Assembly (NCBI GenBank): GCA_043821645.1
Contig: JBDRCO010000053.1
Location: forward strand, 1 to 64,000
Direction of reading: 5' to 3'
DNA: 64,000 bases
Origin: Pseudomonadota bacterium
GTDB lineage: Bacteria > Myxococcota > JACRCW01 > JAFGSX01
In this document: one piece after another, positions 27,808 to 36,494 of the stretch
Layout: each line of letters opens with the position of its first letter
Position numbering within the stretch: the stretch's first letter is position 1
Translations under genes and position numbers: made by a program
Notes under the pieces: model-generated
The model's database searches: none
The model's input: the letters and a program-made list of their open reading frames with translations, nothing else
What the model was told of the DNA's origin: nothing

Positions 27808-28767
27808 TCATGGGGTGACCACCTTGGCGGTGTCCTCGGTGGCGGCCTCGGCCCAGGTCTTTTTGCCGTCGCCACCGATGTGGGCGGCGGCCCAGGACAG
27901 GGGCCTGTTGAGCGCTGCGCCGATGATGGCTTCCTCGGGGCCGCCCTGCAGGTTGGGCGTGTCGTTCCAGCGGATCGCGTGGTAGGCGAAGTACTTGCCC
28001 ACGAAGTGCGACATGTGTGTCAGCGGGATGTAAGCCAGCATCGCGGCCCACAGCATCATCGTCGCCGCAGGCAGCACAGCCTGGGTGGTGGCAAGGGGCA
28101 GGTCGACCAGATGGAAGGTCACCAGCGACCCCACCAGCGTCGACACCAGCGCAAAATCACGGTCCACCGCCACGAAGGTGACGAGGGACAGCCCAAAGGC
28201 CGCGATGAACAGGATCAGGTTCATGAAGTCGGCTGGCGTCGAGAAGTTGCGCAGCGCCGGCGTGTTCAGGCGGCGGCTCAGCAAACCGATGGAGCCCAGC
28301 AAGCCGAGCACGATGCCGCTCGCGCCCGAGGCCAGCACCAGGTAGTGCAGCAGCGTGCCCAGGCCGCCCGCGGCGAGCCCCGGCGCGATGGCGCCCAGCA
28401 CGCCGCCCAGCATCATCAGCGCGGTGCAGCCCGCCACCAGGTACAGGCCAAAGTGGAAGGGGAACGAGCGCAGCCACAGCTTGGGGTGGTGCTCTCTGAG
28501 GGCGTCCAGGAACAGCATCTCGGGCACCATCACGCTGAGCTCGCCGGCCAGCGAGGTCTCGCGCTTCTGCGTCCACCACTTCGGCATCTCGTAGTAGGAG
28601 CCGCCGTACTTGGCGCGCGAGGGCGCCTCATGGGCCACCGGGTACAGCTCCCAGCGCAGGTGCATGGGCATGCGCTGCCACATCAGAAAGCGAGCAACCA
28701 CGGCGATGACGAACACCGCGATGGCCACGTAGCTCAGGACCAGGGCGAGCAAGGGCAAGCTCATCAT
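27808..28767 (-). CDS. dsrM: DsrM-like membrane cytochrome b (NarI family, DsrM2)
   Basis: MPMHLRWELYPVAHE, SFPFHFGLY, YIPLTHMSHF..YHAIRW; directly upstream of dsrK. Confidence 0.85.
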   Translation of the reverse strand: MMSLPLLALVLSYVAIAVFVIAVVARFLMWQRMPMHLRWELYPVAHEAPSRAKYGGSYYEMPKWWTQKRETSLAGELSVMVPEMLFLDALREHHPKLWLRSFPFHFGLYLVAGCTALMMLGGVLGAIAPGLAAGGLGTLLHYLVLASGASGIVLGLLGSIGLLSRRLNTPALRNFSTPADFMNLILFIAAFGLSLVTFVAVDRDFALVSTLVGSLVTFHLVDLPLATTQAVLPAATMMLWAAMLAYIPLTHMSHFVGKYFAYHAIRWNDTPNLQGGPEEAIIGAALNRPLSWAAAHIGGDGKKTWAEAATEDTAKVVTP

Positions 28768-28869
28768 CTGCCTCCAGGGGGCGGGGTATGCGGGGGCGAA
28801 CCGCAGCTGAGCCCCGATTAGTCTGCTAGCCTACTGCTCGGGCCTGCGCAAGGGTGGCACCTGAGATGG

Positions 28870-29090
28870 CAAGTTGAGGCAAAACATCACCTGTTCGGTA
28901 GTCAATAGGATGAATAATTGTTGAGTGAAAAGATAAAATATAAAAAAGCCAATGCTGCACAAACACTCACCCGTACCCAGCTTGCCAGTATCTGCAGATC
29001 TTACTAGACAGCAATAGTGCTATATAACTTGAAGAGCAGTGATATTTTATTTTTTTAGCGTCTCTAATCAAATCTCTTTATAGCCATGGT
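28870..29090. promoter_or_regulatory. AT-rich divergent promoter region; IscR/Rrf2-like site at 29001-29025
   Basis: AT island between divergent dsrM2 and kinase; TTACTAGACAGCAATAGTGCTATAT resembles the IscR type-1 consensus. Confidence 0.5.
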
Positions 29091-29229
29091 TTCTTCTTCT
29101 GGGGGGGGGCATGACCCACTTTCGGTGCGGCAAACCTGTCCTATCGAGGCGCGGCGGCGCCGTCCGCACCCTGCTGGCTGGTCAGCGCCGGCCACGCGGG
29201 GCATGCTAGAAATGGGGAACGGGGACGTG

Positions 29230-30846
29230 ATGGCCAAAGAAGGGTGGGGGGGGATGCGCGCGCTGCGCGAGTTGCAGATCCTGGGCGTCGCAGGTGCTGG
29301 CCTGCTGGTGGCCGCGCTGTGGGCCGCGCCGTCGCTGTTGCTGGTGGTGGCGCTGGCCTTTGTCGGTGTTCTCGTCGTGGTGGGGCTGCGCCTGCAGCGC
29401 CAGCTGAGCACGGACGAGCGCTGGCGCGACGTCATGCCCGGCTATCTGTCGATTCAAGATCGCGACCTGCGCATCCTCGAGACCAACACCTCGTTTCGAC
29501 GCGACCTGGGCGAGGACTCGGTGGGCCGGCACTGCCACGACGTGTACAAGAAGGCCAGCCACCCCTGCCCCCACTGTCCGGTGCTCAAGACCTTCGAGGA
29601 CGGCAAGGTGCACGTCAGCGAGGAGTGCATCACCCTGCGCGACGGCAGCCAGGCTCAGGTGGTGGTCACCTCCGCGCCGCTGCGCGACAGCCGCGGCAGG
29701 GTGGCGGCGGTGATGGAGATGTCGACCAACATCACCGAGGCGATCGCCCTGCGCGGCGAGCTCGACCGCACCCGCGAGGACTACCGACAGCTGTTCGACA
29801 TCGTGCCCTGCTACATCTCCATCCAGGACCGCGACTACCGGGTGGTGCAGTCCAACGCCCTGTTCAAGCAGGACTTCGGCGACGCCTCCGGCGAGCAGTG
29901 CTACCGCGTCTACAAGGGTCGCGACTCCATCTGTCCTGGCTGTCCGGTGGAGCAGACCTTTGCCGACGGCGAGGTGCACTCGAGCGAGGAGAAGGTACGC
30001 ACCCGCGACGGCCGCGAAGCCGCCATGATCGTGTACTCGATGCCGGTGCTCGACGCGCGCGGCGAGGTGGCGCAGGTGATGGAGGTGTCCACCAACATCA
30101 CCCGGGTCAAGCAACTGCAGCGGCAGCTGGCCATGGTGGGGCTGGCGGTGAGTGGCATGGCCCACCGCATCAAGAACGTGATGACGGGCCTCGAGGGCGG
30201 CATCTTCGTCGTCAACAGCGGCTTCGAGCTGGGCGAGCAGGACACGGTGACCGAGGGCTGGCAGATGGTGCAGCGCAACGCCGGCAAGATCGCCCAGATC
30301 GCCCGCGACCTGCTGTTCTGCTCCAAGGAGCGGCAGCCCGAGCTGCGTCCGGGGGTGGTGCCGGCGGCCATCGCGCGCGAGGTTCACGAGCTGTACCGCG
30401 CGCGCATCGAGCAGGAGGGCATGACCTTCGTGCTCGAGCTCAGTGACGAGGAACGCAGCGGGACCTTTGACACCGAGGCCCTGCATACGCTGATGAACAA
30501 CCTGGTGGCCAACGCCCTGGACGCCTGTCGCTTTGACCCGCGCCACGACGAGAAGCAGATGCGCATCGTGCTCGCCTGCCGCTGGCCAGACGAGCACTCG
30601 CTGGAGATCGAGGTGGCCGACTCGGGCATGGGCCTGGCGCCCGAGGACAGGGATCGCATGTTCGAAAGCTTCTTCTCGACCAAGGGCAGCGAGGGCACGG
30701 GGCTGGGCCTGTTCGTGGTGCAGAAGGTGGTGCAGGAGCACGGGGGCGAGATCCGCTTCGCGTCGACGCCGGGCGAGGGTACCACCTTCACCGCGGTGCT
30801 GCCGGCCGAGGGTGCGCCCACGGCGCAGGACCGTTTGGCGAATTGA
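29230..30846 (+). CDS. Membrane-anchored sensor histidine kinase with two Cys-PAS domains (start uncertain; alternative 29254)
   Basis: N-terminal hydrophobic helices; CHDVYK..CPHCP and CYRVYK..CPGCP; AHRIKN H-box; NALDA, DSGMG, GTGLGL. Confidence 0.88.
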   Translation: MAKEGWGGMRALRELQILGVAGAGLLVAALWAAPSLLLVVALAFVGVLVVVGLRLQRQLSTDERWRDVMPGYLSIQDRDLRILETNTSFRRDLGEDSVGRHCHDVYKKASHPCPHCPVLKTFEDGKVHVSEECITLRDGSQAQVVVTSAPLRDSRGRVAAVMEMSTNITEAIALRGELDRTREDYRQLFDIVPCYISIQDRDYRVVQSNALFKQDFGDASGEQCYRVYKGRDSICPGCPVEQTFADGEVHSSEEKVRTRDGREAAMIVYSMPVLDARGEVAQVMEVSTNITRVKQLQRQLAMVGLAVSGMAHRIKNVMTGLEGGIFVVNSGFELGEQDTVTEGWQMVQRNAGKIAQIARDLLFCSKERQPELRPGVVPAAIAREVHELYRARIEQEGMTFVLELSDEERSGTFDTEALHTLMNNLVANALDACRFDPRHDEKQMRIVLACRWPDEHSLEIEVADSGMGLAPEDRDRMFESFFSTKGSEGTGLGLFVVQKVVQEHGGEIRFASTPGEGTTFTAVLPAEGAPTAQDRLAN

Positions 30847-30849
30847 GGC

Positions 30850-31218
30850 TCAGTCCGCGTCGGCCTCGCCGATGGCGCGCTCGACGGTGTCGATGAACTC
30901 TTTGGGGTCGATGGGCTTGTCGAACACCGCGAAGGGCTCGGGTACGGCCAGGTGGCGACCCGAAAGACCGCTGATCACGATCACCGGGATCTTCTTCAGC
31001 GCCGCGTCTTTTTGCAGGTGGCGGTAGAAGTCGGTGCCCGACTGCTTGGGCATCATCAAGTCCAGGGTGATGAGGTCGGGCTTCTCGGCCTGGGCGATGC
31101 CGAGCGCCTCGGCGCCGTTCTCGGCCAGCACCACCTGGTAGCCGGCCTTGCGCAGCGCGGTCTTGAGAAAGGTGCGAATGTCGGCCTCGTCGTCGACCAC
31201 CAGGATCTTCTTGCTCAT
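30850..31218 (-). CDS. Single-domain response regulator (Rrf1-like position)
   Basis: MSKKILVVDDE, PDLITLDLMMP, FDKP; GGAGA RBS. Confidence 0.9.
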   Translation of the reverse strand: MSKKILVVDDEADIRTFLKTALRKAGYQVVLAENGAEALGIAQAEKPDLITLDLMMPKQSGTDFYRHLQKDAALKKIPVIVISGLSGRHLAVPEPFAVFDKPIDPKEFIDTVERAIGEADAD

Positions 31219-32339
31219 GTTGTCTCCCCTATCTTGGCGCCCCTGCCCTCGCGCCATGCTAGCTCGTTTTCGGGGGGCAGCTCGATGCGAAAGACCGTGC
31301 CCCGGCCCTGGGTCGAGGTGAAGGAAATGCGCCCGCCGTGTTCCTCGACGGTCTTCTTGGTCAGCAGCAGGCCCAGGCCCGTGCCGCGCAGACCCTTGCT
31401 GGTGTGGTAGGTGCGCAGGATGCGCGGCTGGTCCTCGGCGGCGATGCCCATGCCGCTGTCCTCGACCTCGATGGCCAGCCCGCCGTCGTCCAGCGGGTGG
31501 GCGCGCACGGCGATGCGCTGGGCTTTGTCGGTGTCGGGATCCCAGGTGCAGGCGTCCACGGCATTGGCCACCAGGTTGCTCAGAGCCGCGTGCATGGCCT
31601 CGCGGTCCAGCACCCGCGCTGCCACGCCGTCGGCGATCTCGGCCACCAGGGCAATGCCGGCCTGGCTGGCCTTGGGCGTGAACAGGCTCACCACGTCGCG
31701 CAGCAGCGCGGCCACGTCGACGCGGTCGCGCACGTGGGGGCGGGCCCGGGCGAAGCTGAGCAGGTTGCGGGTCAAAGTGTTGAGCTGGTCGAGGTAACCC
31801 TTGACCATCTCCCAGCCACTGCGCAGGCGCCCGCTGTCGTCCTTTTGCAGGCCGGTGTCGACGAGGTAGCTGCCACCCTCGAGGCCGGCCAGGATGTTCT
31901 TGATGGTGTGGGCCAGGCCCGCGGCGGTGAGGCCCACGGTGGCCAGGCGCTCGGCCTGCTGCAACCCCTTCTCCAGCTCGACCAGCCGCGTGTCGTCGTG
32001 GGAGATCAGCATGACGCGAGAGATCTGTGCCCCGCGACCGGGCACCGGGATGGCCTGCACGGCGTAGCTCAGGTACTGGTCGCCGGCAGAGCGTCCCTCC
32101 TCGCGCCCGCCGTGTGTGGCACCGTCGGCGAAGCAGGCTGCGGCCGGGCAGCTCTCGCAGGGGGCATCGCGCCCCTTGTAAACGCGAAAGCAAGGCTCGC
32201 CCGCGCGGGCACCGAAGGCGCGCTCGAAACTGGGGTTATGAATCAGGATGTGAAACTGGCGATCGATGACCGCGACGTGGCAGGGCACGTGCTGCAGCGC
32301 GAGCAGGCCCAGGGGGCCGGTGGCCCTGCCGTCACTCAT
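31215..32339 (-). CDS. Sensor histidine kinase with one Cys-PAS domain
   Basis: VPCH..CFRVYKGRDAPCESCP; AHTIKN; NAVDA, DSGMG, GTGLGL. Confidence 0.88.
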   Translation of the reverse strand: MSDGRATGPLGLLALQHVPCHVAVIDRQFHILIHNPSFERAFGARAGEPCFRVYKGRDAPCESCPAAACFADGATHGGREEGRSAGDQYLSYAVQAIPVPGRGAQISRVMLISHDDTRLVELEKGLQQAERLATVGLTAAGLAHTIKNILAGLEGGSYLVDTGLQKDDSGRLRSGWEMVKGYLDQLNTLTRNLLSFARARPHVRDRVDVAALLRDVVSLFTPKASQAGIALVAEIADGVAARVLDREAMHAALSNLVANAVDACTWDPDTDKAQRIAVRAHPLDDGGLAIEVEDSGMGIAAEDQPRILRTYHTSKGLRGTGLGLLLTKKTVEEHGGRISFTSTQGRGTVFRIELPPENELAWREGRGAKIGETT

Positions 32340-32345
32340 GACGTG

Positions 32346-32474
32346 TCACTCGCGATTTCCTCGCTCGCGATCGGTCAGGTACAGGTAGAAGGGGATGAAG
32401 GCGACGAGCAGCGAGAAGGCTGCCACGTAGCCCCAGCCCTTGGTGACGGTCAAGAAGTCCCACATCGTTTCCAT
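32346..32474 (-). CDS. hmcD: HmcD-like small membrane subunit (42 aa; absent from the ORF track)
   Basis: Translated by hand: METMWDFLTVTKGWGYVAAFSLLVAFIPFYLYLTDRERGNRE; AGGAG RBS; lies directly after hmcC. Confidence 0.75.
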   Translation of the reverse strand: METMWDFLTVTKGWGYVAAFSLLVAFIPFYLYLTDRERGNRE

Positions 32475-32483
32475 CGCGATCTC

Positions 32484-33653
32484 CTAGTGTTGTCCCTTCC
32501 ACTCGGGGTGCTCGCGCACGATGGGCATGTGCTCGGCGATCCACTTGAACGCCACCACGCCCGCCGTCACCAGGGCGACGGTGACGACGATCTCCATCCA
32601 GTGGGGCCAGTAGCGCTGGTCGGCGGGCAGCTCGTAGTGAAAGGCGAAGAAGGCCACGTTGAGGCGGTTGAACACGATGCCCACGACGGTGAGCACGCCG
32701 GTGGCGCGCACCAGACCCGGCCGCTTCTCGCGGTAGCCGACCATGTACAGGATGCAGGGCAGCAGCACGAAGCCCAGCATCTCGACCCCGAACAGAGCGC
32801 CGTAGCCCGTGCCCAGATAGTGCAGATCGTCCTCGATGACCAGGCTCACCACCTTGGTCGAGAAGTAGATCGCCAGCGCGATGGCGCCGGCCTTGCCCAG
32901 GCCCAGGGTGATGCGGTCGAACTGCTCGCGCGAGATCTCGATCTGATCGTGAAAGGCGCGGTGCGAGATCATGCTCTCGACGATGACCATCGAGATGCCC
33001 GCGACCACCGCCGAGACAAAGAAGTGCACCGGGATCAGGCTGGAGTACCACAGCGGGTGCAGCTTGGTGGGCATGATGGCGAACAGCGCGCCCAGCGAGG
33101 ACTGGTGCAGCGTCGACAGCAGCAGGCCAAAGATGGTGAGGGCGATGGTGAGCCGCCCCACCAGCTTGCGCCAGCGCTTGAAGCCCAGCCACTCGAAGGC
33201 GGCGGGGGTGCTCTCGACGAACAGGGTGGTCAGGTACAGGGCCACGCACAGGGCGACCTCGAACAGCGCCGAGGTGGGACCCGAGCGCACCACGAAGGCG
33301 TAGGGCAGGCGCCAGGGCCGGCCCAGGTCCGCCAGCAGGCCGACCACCACCAGGGAGTAGCCCAGAAACGCGGTCAGGATGGCCGGTCGTACGATGGACC
33401 GGTATTCCTTGAGCCCGAACAGGTACACCGCCGACGACACCACGAAGCCACCCGCGGCCAGAGCCACACCGGACATGACGTCGAAGCCTATCCACAGGCC
33501 CCAGGGGAAGTTGTGGCTCAGGTTGGTGGTGGCGCCCAGTCCCTTGACGAAGCGCAGCAGCATCACGGCTGCGCCCGCGACCAGGATGGCGCCGGAGATC
33601 CAGGTGAAGGGCGTCCACCCCTTGCGGGGGATCGCGCTGGCCTCGCTGCTCAT
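32484..33653 (-). CDS. hmcC: HmcC (NrfD/HybB family) membrane subunit
   Basis: GLGATTNL..PWGLWIGFDV..GVALAAGG, DLGRPWRL, LSTLHQSSLG, KLHPLWY. Confidence 0.88.
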   Translation of the reverse strand: MSSEASAIPRKGWTPFTWISGAILVAGAAVMLLRFVKGLGATTNLSHNFPWGLWIGFDVMSGVALAAGGFVVSSAVYLFGLKEYRSIVRPAILTAFLGYSLVVVGLLADLGRPWRLPYAFVVRSGPTSALFEVALCVALYLTTLFVESTPAAFEWLGFKRWRKLVGRLTIALTIFGLLLSTLHQSSLGALFAIMPTKLHPLWYSSLIPVHFFVSAVVAGISMVIVESMISHRAFHDQIEISREQFDRITLGLGKAGAIALAIYFSTKVVSLVIEDDLHYLGTGYGALFGVEMLGFVLLPCILYMVGYREKRPGLVRATGVLTVVGIVFNRLNVAFFAFHYELPADQRYWPHWMEIVVTVALVTAGVVAFKWIAEHMPIVREHPEWKGQH

Positions 33654-34702
33654 TGGCCCGCCTCCTTGGCCTTCGCGGCGGCCTCCTCGAGAGCCTTCTT
33701 CACCGCCGTGGCAATGGCCTTGTCCTTGTCCTTGCCGGCGCGCGTCGCGGCCTCGGCCAGCTTCTTCTTGGTGTCTTCGTCGGCCTGCATCAGGGCCTCG
33801 GTCACCGCGGCGGTGACCTCCTTGTGGCTCAGCTGCTCCTTGCGCTTGCTGAAGGCGTAGAAGCCGGCGAGCAGGCCCGGGTAGATGGTGATGACGAGGG
33901 GAACGACCTGCAAGAAGGCCGTGCCGATCTCGGGCAGCGAGGTCCAGGTGGCGTCCTCGTGCAGGCCGAGCACGCCCGGTCGCACGCCGGCCAGGGTCAG
34001 CCAGCTGGTGCCGCCGAACTCGAGCTCGCCAAACACGTGGTCGAAGTAGGTGCCGGGGTTCTTGCGCATGCGCTCGGCTGCCACCCTGAGCAGCTCGTCA
34101 CGACGGCCGAAGGTGATGGCGCCGGTGGGGCAGGCCTCGGCACAGCCGGGCTGCTTGTTGTCCCGGATGCGGTCGTAGCACATGGTGCAGCGCCGCACGC
34201 GCGGCGTCAGCGGCTCGTCGTACTCGTAGCTGAGCGCGTCGTAGGGGCAGGCCGTCACGCAGTAGCGGCAGCCCATGCACACCTCGGGGTCGTACAGCAC
34301 CGGGCCCTCGGGGGTCTTGGTGAAGGCGCGCACCAGGCACACCGAGGCGCAGCAGGGCTCGTTGCAGTGCATGCACTGGTGCTTGCGAAACACCTGCTGG
34401 CCACTGCCCGGGTCGGTGTAGCGATTGACCACGGTGAGCGCGTCCGGCGTCACCCGCCGCACCTGGTCGAACACGGCCTTGTCGCCCACCGGCGCGGCCG
34501 GAGGCTTGAGCTGGTTGACCTCGGTGCAGGCGAACTCGCAGGAGCGGCAGCCCACGCACAGGGTGGTGTCGTGCAGCAGACCGTAGCGTCCGGCGTGACC
34601 GGCAAAGTGCCTGGCGCTACCCGCGCTGGCCGAACCCGCCACCGCCGTGCCTGCCGCGCCCGCGGCCAGCGATGCCAGAAATCCTCGACGGGACACGCTC
34701 AT
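33650..34702 (-). CDS. hmcB: HmcB periplasmic 4Fe-4S protein with C-terminal TM helix
   Basis: Tat signal SRRGFL; LHDTTLCVGCRSC, QCMHCNEPCCASVC, CMGCRYCVTACP, CTMC; C-terminal helix. Confidence 0.88.
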   Translation of the reverse strand: MSVSRRGFLASLAAGAAGTAVAGSASAGSARHFAGHAGRYGLLHDTTLCVGCRSCEFACTEVNQLKPPAAPVGDKAVFDQVRRVTPDALTVVNRYTDPGSGQQVFRKHQCMHCNEPCCASVCLVRAFTKTPEGPVLYDPEVCMGCRYCVTACPYDALSYEYDEPLTPRVRRCTMCYDRIRDNKQPGCAEACPTGAITFGRRDELLRVAAERMRKNPGTYFDHVFGELEFGGTSWLTLAGVRPGVLGLHEDATWTSLPEIGTAFLQVVPLVITIYPGLLAGFYAFSKRKEQLSHKEVTAAVTEALMQADEDTKKKLAEAATRAGKDKDKAIATAVKKALEEAAAKAKEAGQ

Positions 34703-36465
34703 GGCGTCACCTCCGCGCTGGCCTTCTTGTGGCAGTCCTCGCAGCCCACCGCCTTGAGCTGCATGGCCTGGTGGCAGCCCAGGCACTGCCGGTGATACGC
34801 GGCCTTGAGCCCTGGTCGGTCGCGGGTCGCGTCGGCCGTCAACGTGTGGCAGGAGCGACAGGACGGCGGTCGCTCACCCAGGGGGCTGTGGTGGTGGCAG
34901 CCGGCGCACAGGGTCTCGACCCGCTGGTGAAAGCGCAGGGCCAGCGGCTGGTCGGCGGTGCCCGTGAGCAGGGCACCGACGATCTTGCCGTGGGGCAGGG
35001 GCGAGCCCTGGTAGTCCTTCTTCATCCCGTCGAGGACCAGCTTCTGTGGAAAGGCGTCGCCAAAGGCGGGCAGCGCCGGCGGCGTCAGGGTGGGCAGGTG
35101 CGGGGCCGTGCCCGACACCGCCACGCCGATGAGCGCGGCCTGGTGGCACACCGCGCAGGCCGACAGCGCGGGCCTCTCGCTCAGGCTGCGGTGGCAGCCG
35201 ACGCAGGCCTGGACCTCGGTTCGCTGGCGGTGGCACCCCACGCAGGCATGGCTCGAGCCGTCGTCGTGGGCGGCCTGGGCGCGGGTGACGCCCTTGCCCT
35301 TGGTGTCGCCGCTCAGGGTGTGGCAGCTGTCGCAGCGGGCCAGGGTCTGGTGGTGGCAGGCCGAGCAGGTGGCGACGGCGTTCTCGTGCGCCAGGTGCGG
35401 GAAGTTGACCGGCCCGCTGCGGCTGTCGGGCTGGGCCATCCAGGCCTGGTCGGGCTGGTTGCGCTTGAGCCGCGGCACCGGGTCCAGGCGCTTGACCGCG
35501 GCCAGCTGCGCCGCGTCGTGGCAGCCCTCGCAGCGGGTGGGGCCGTGCGCGACCTTCGCCGCCTCGCGCGCCAGGTGGCAGTTCACGCACTGCGCATGCG
35601 CCGCGTCGCGCAGGCTCGGAGCCTTGTTTCCCAGGGGGCGTCGGCCGCCCTCACCCCGTCGCGCGTCAAGCTCGTCGGGATCCCTGCCCGGCAGCACATT
35701 CTCGGCGTCGGCCAGGTGGCAGGCGCTGCAGGCCTCCTCGGTGTTCTTCTTGTAGACCAGCGTGCGCTGCTGCTCGTCGTAGCTGTGGTGGCAGGCCTCG
35801 CACTTGTCCTTTTCGGCCTGCACGTGGCGGGCGTGCAGCGAGCGATCCAGGCGCGGGGTGACGCGCAGAGAGCGCGCGGCGGGTTGCTCGACGTGGCAGC
35901 TACCGCAGAGCACGGGGCCCGTCTTCTGGCCCGCGCGAACGCGTTCCTGGTGGCAGCCCAGGCACAGGGCGTGGACCTGCTCGGCGGTGGTCTCGGCGTC
36001 GGCCCGGGGATCCACCCCGCGCAGCACGAAGTCCAGGGGCTGCACCTTGTCGCTGCCCGGGGCGCAGGCGGCGGCCTCGGCGCTCTCGCCCTCGGCGCTC
36101 GACGCGGCGCGCGCGCAGGGGTGGCAGGCCTGGCAGCCCTGGCTGGGCTTGGCGTCGACGTGCTTCTTGTGGTCGAACTCCACGGCGGGCCGCTCGGCCC
36201 GGCCCCTGGCCGCGAGCTGCTCGAGGCGCAGGACCGCGGGCTCGGTGGTCCGCGCGGTGGGGTGCTCGGCTTCGCCGCAGGCCGCGGCGAGCGCGAGCGC
36301 TCCGACCAGGGAGAACAGGGACGCGCGTCCGGGGGCGAATCCTGTTGATTCGAAGACGTCGTGGGGCCCCGCCTTCACCGGCGAGTCTTTTTGTCCTCTC
36401 AGGTTCGGAAAAAAGCCTCGCCTGGGCCCCCCACAAGAAGACGAATCAACAGGATTTCGTGTCAT
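34699..36465 (-). CDS. hmcA: HmcA high-molecular-weight 16-heme cytochrome c (alternative start 36498)
   Basis: 16 CxxCH motifs counted; c3-type V.FDH and FPHLAH; lipobox-like ALAAAC; ATGA overlap with hmcB. Confidence 0.88.
   Translation of the reverse strand: MTRNPVDSSSCGGPRRGFFPNLRGQKDSPVKAGPHDVFESTGFAPGRASLFSLVGALALAAACGEAEHPTARTTEPAVLRLEQLAARGRAERPAVEFDHKKHVDAKPSQGCQACHPCARAASSAEGESAEAAACAPGSDKVQPLDFVLRGVDPRADAETTAEQVHALCLGCHQERVRAGQKTGPVLCGSCHVEQPAARSLRVTPRLDRSLHARHVQAEKDKCEACHHSYDEQQRTLVYKKNTEEACSACHLADAENVLPGRDPDELDARRGEGGRRPLGNKAPSLRDAAHAQCVNCHLAREAAKVAHGPTRCEGCHDAAQLAAVKRLDPVPRLKRNQPDQAWMAQPDSRSGPVNFPHLAHENAVATCSACHHQTLARCDSCHTLSGDTKGKGVTRAQAAHDDGSSHACVGCHRQRTEVQACVGCHRSLSERPALSACAVCHQAALIGVAVSGTAPHLPTLTPPALPAFGDAFPQKLVLDGMKKDYQGSPLPHGKIVGALLTGTADQPLALRFHQRVETLCAGCHHHSPLGERPPSCRSCHTLTADATRDRPGLKAAYHRQCLGCHQAMQLKAVGCEDCHKKASAEVTP
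36337..36456. mobile_element. 120-bp MITE/REP-like palindromic element inside the 5' end of hmcA
   Basis: Perfect 15-bp terminal inverted repeat AATCCTGTTGATTCG (36338-36352 / 36442-36456); related sequence near 54887-54921. Confidence 0.65.
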
Positions 36466-36494
36466 GTCATGGCCTTTCGCTGGTTCGAACGCCC

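Noticed and set aside
28855-28870. TGGCAC-containing sigma54 promoter candidate (also at 2291)
   Set aside because: No GC at the -12 position with 10-nt spacing.
32484-34702. Hydrogenase-2 hybAB
   Set aside because: No hydrogenase subunits. The flanking 16-heme cytochrome and HmcD identify these as Hmc.
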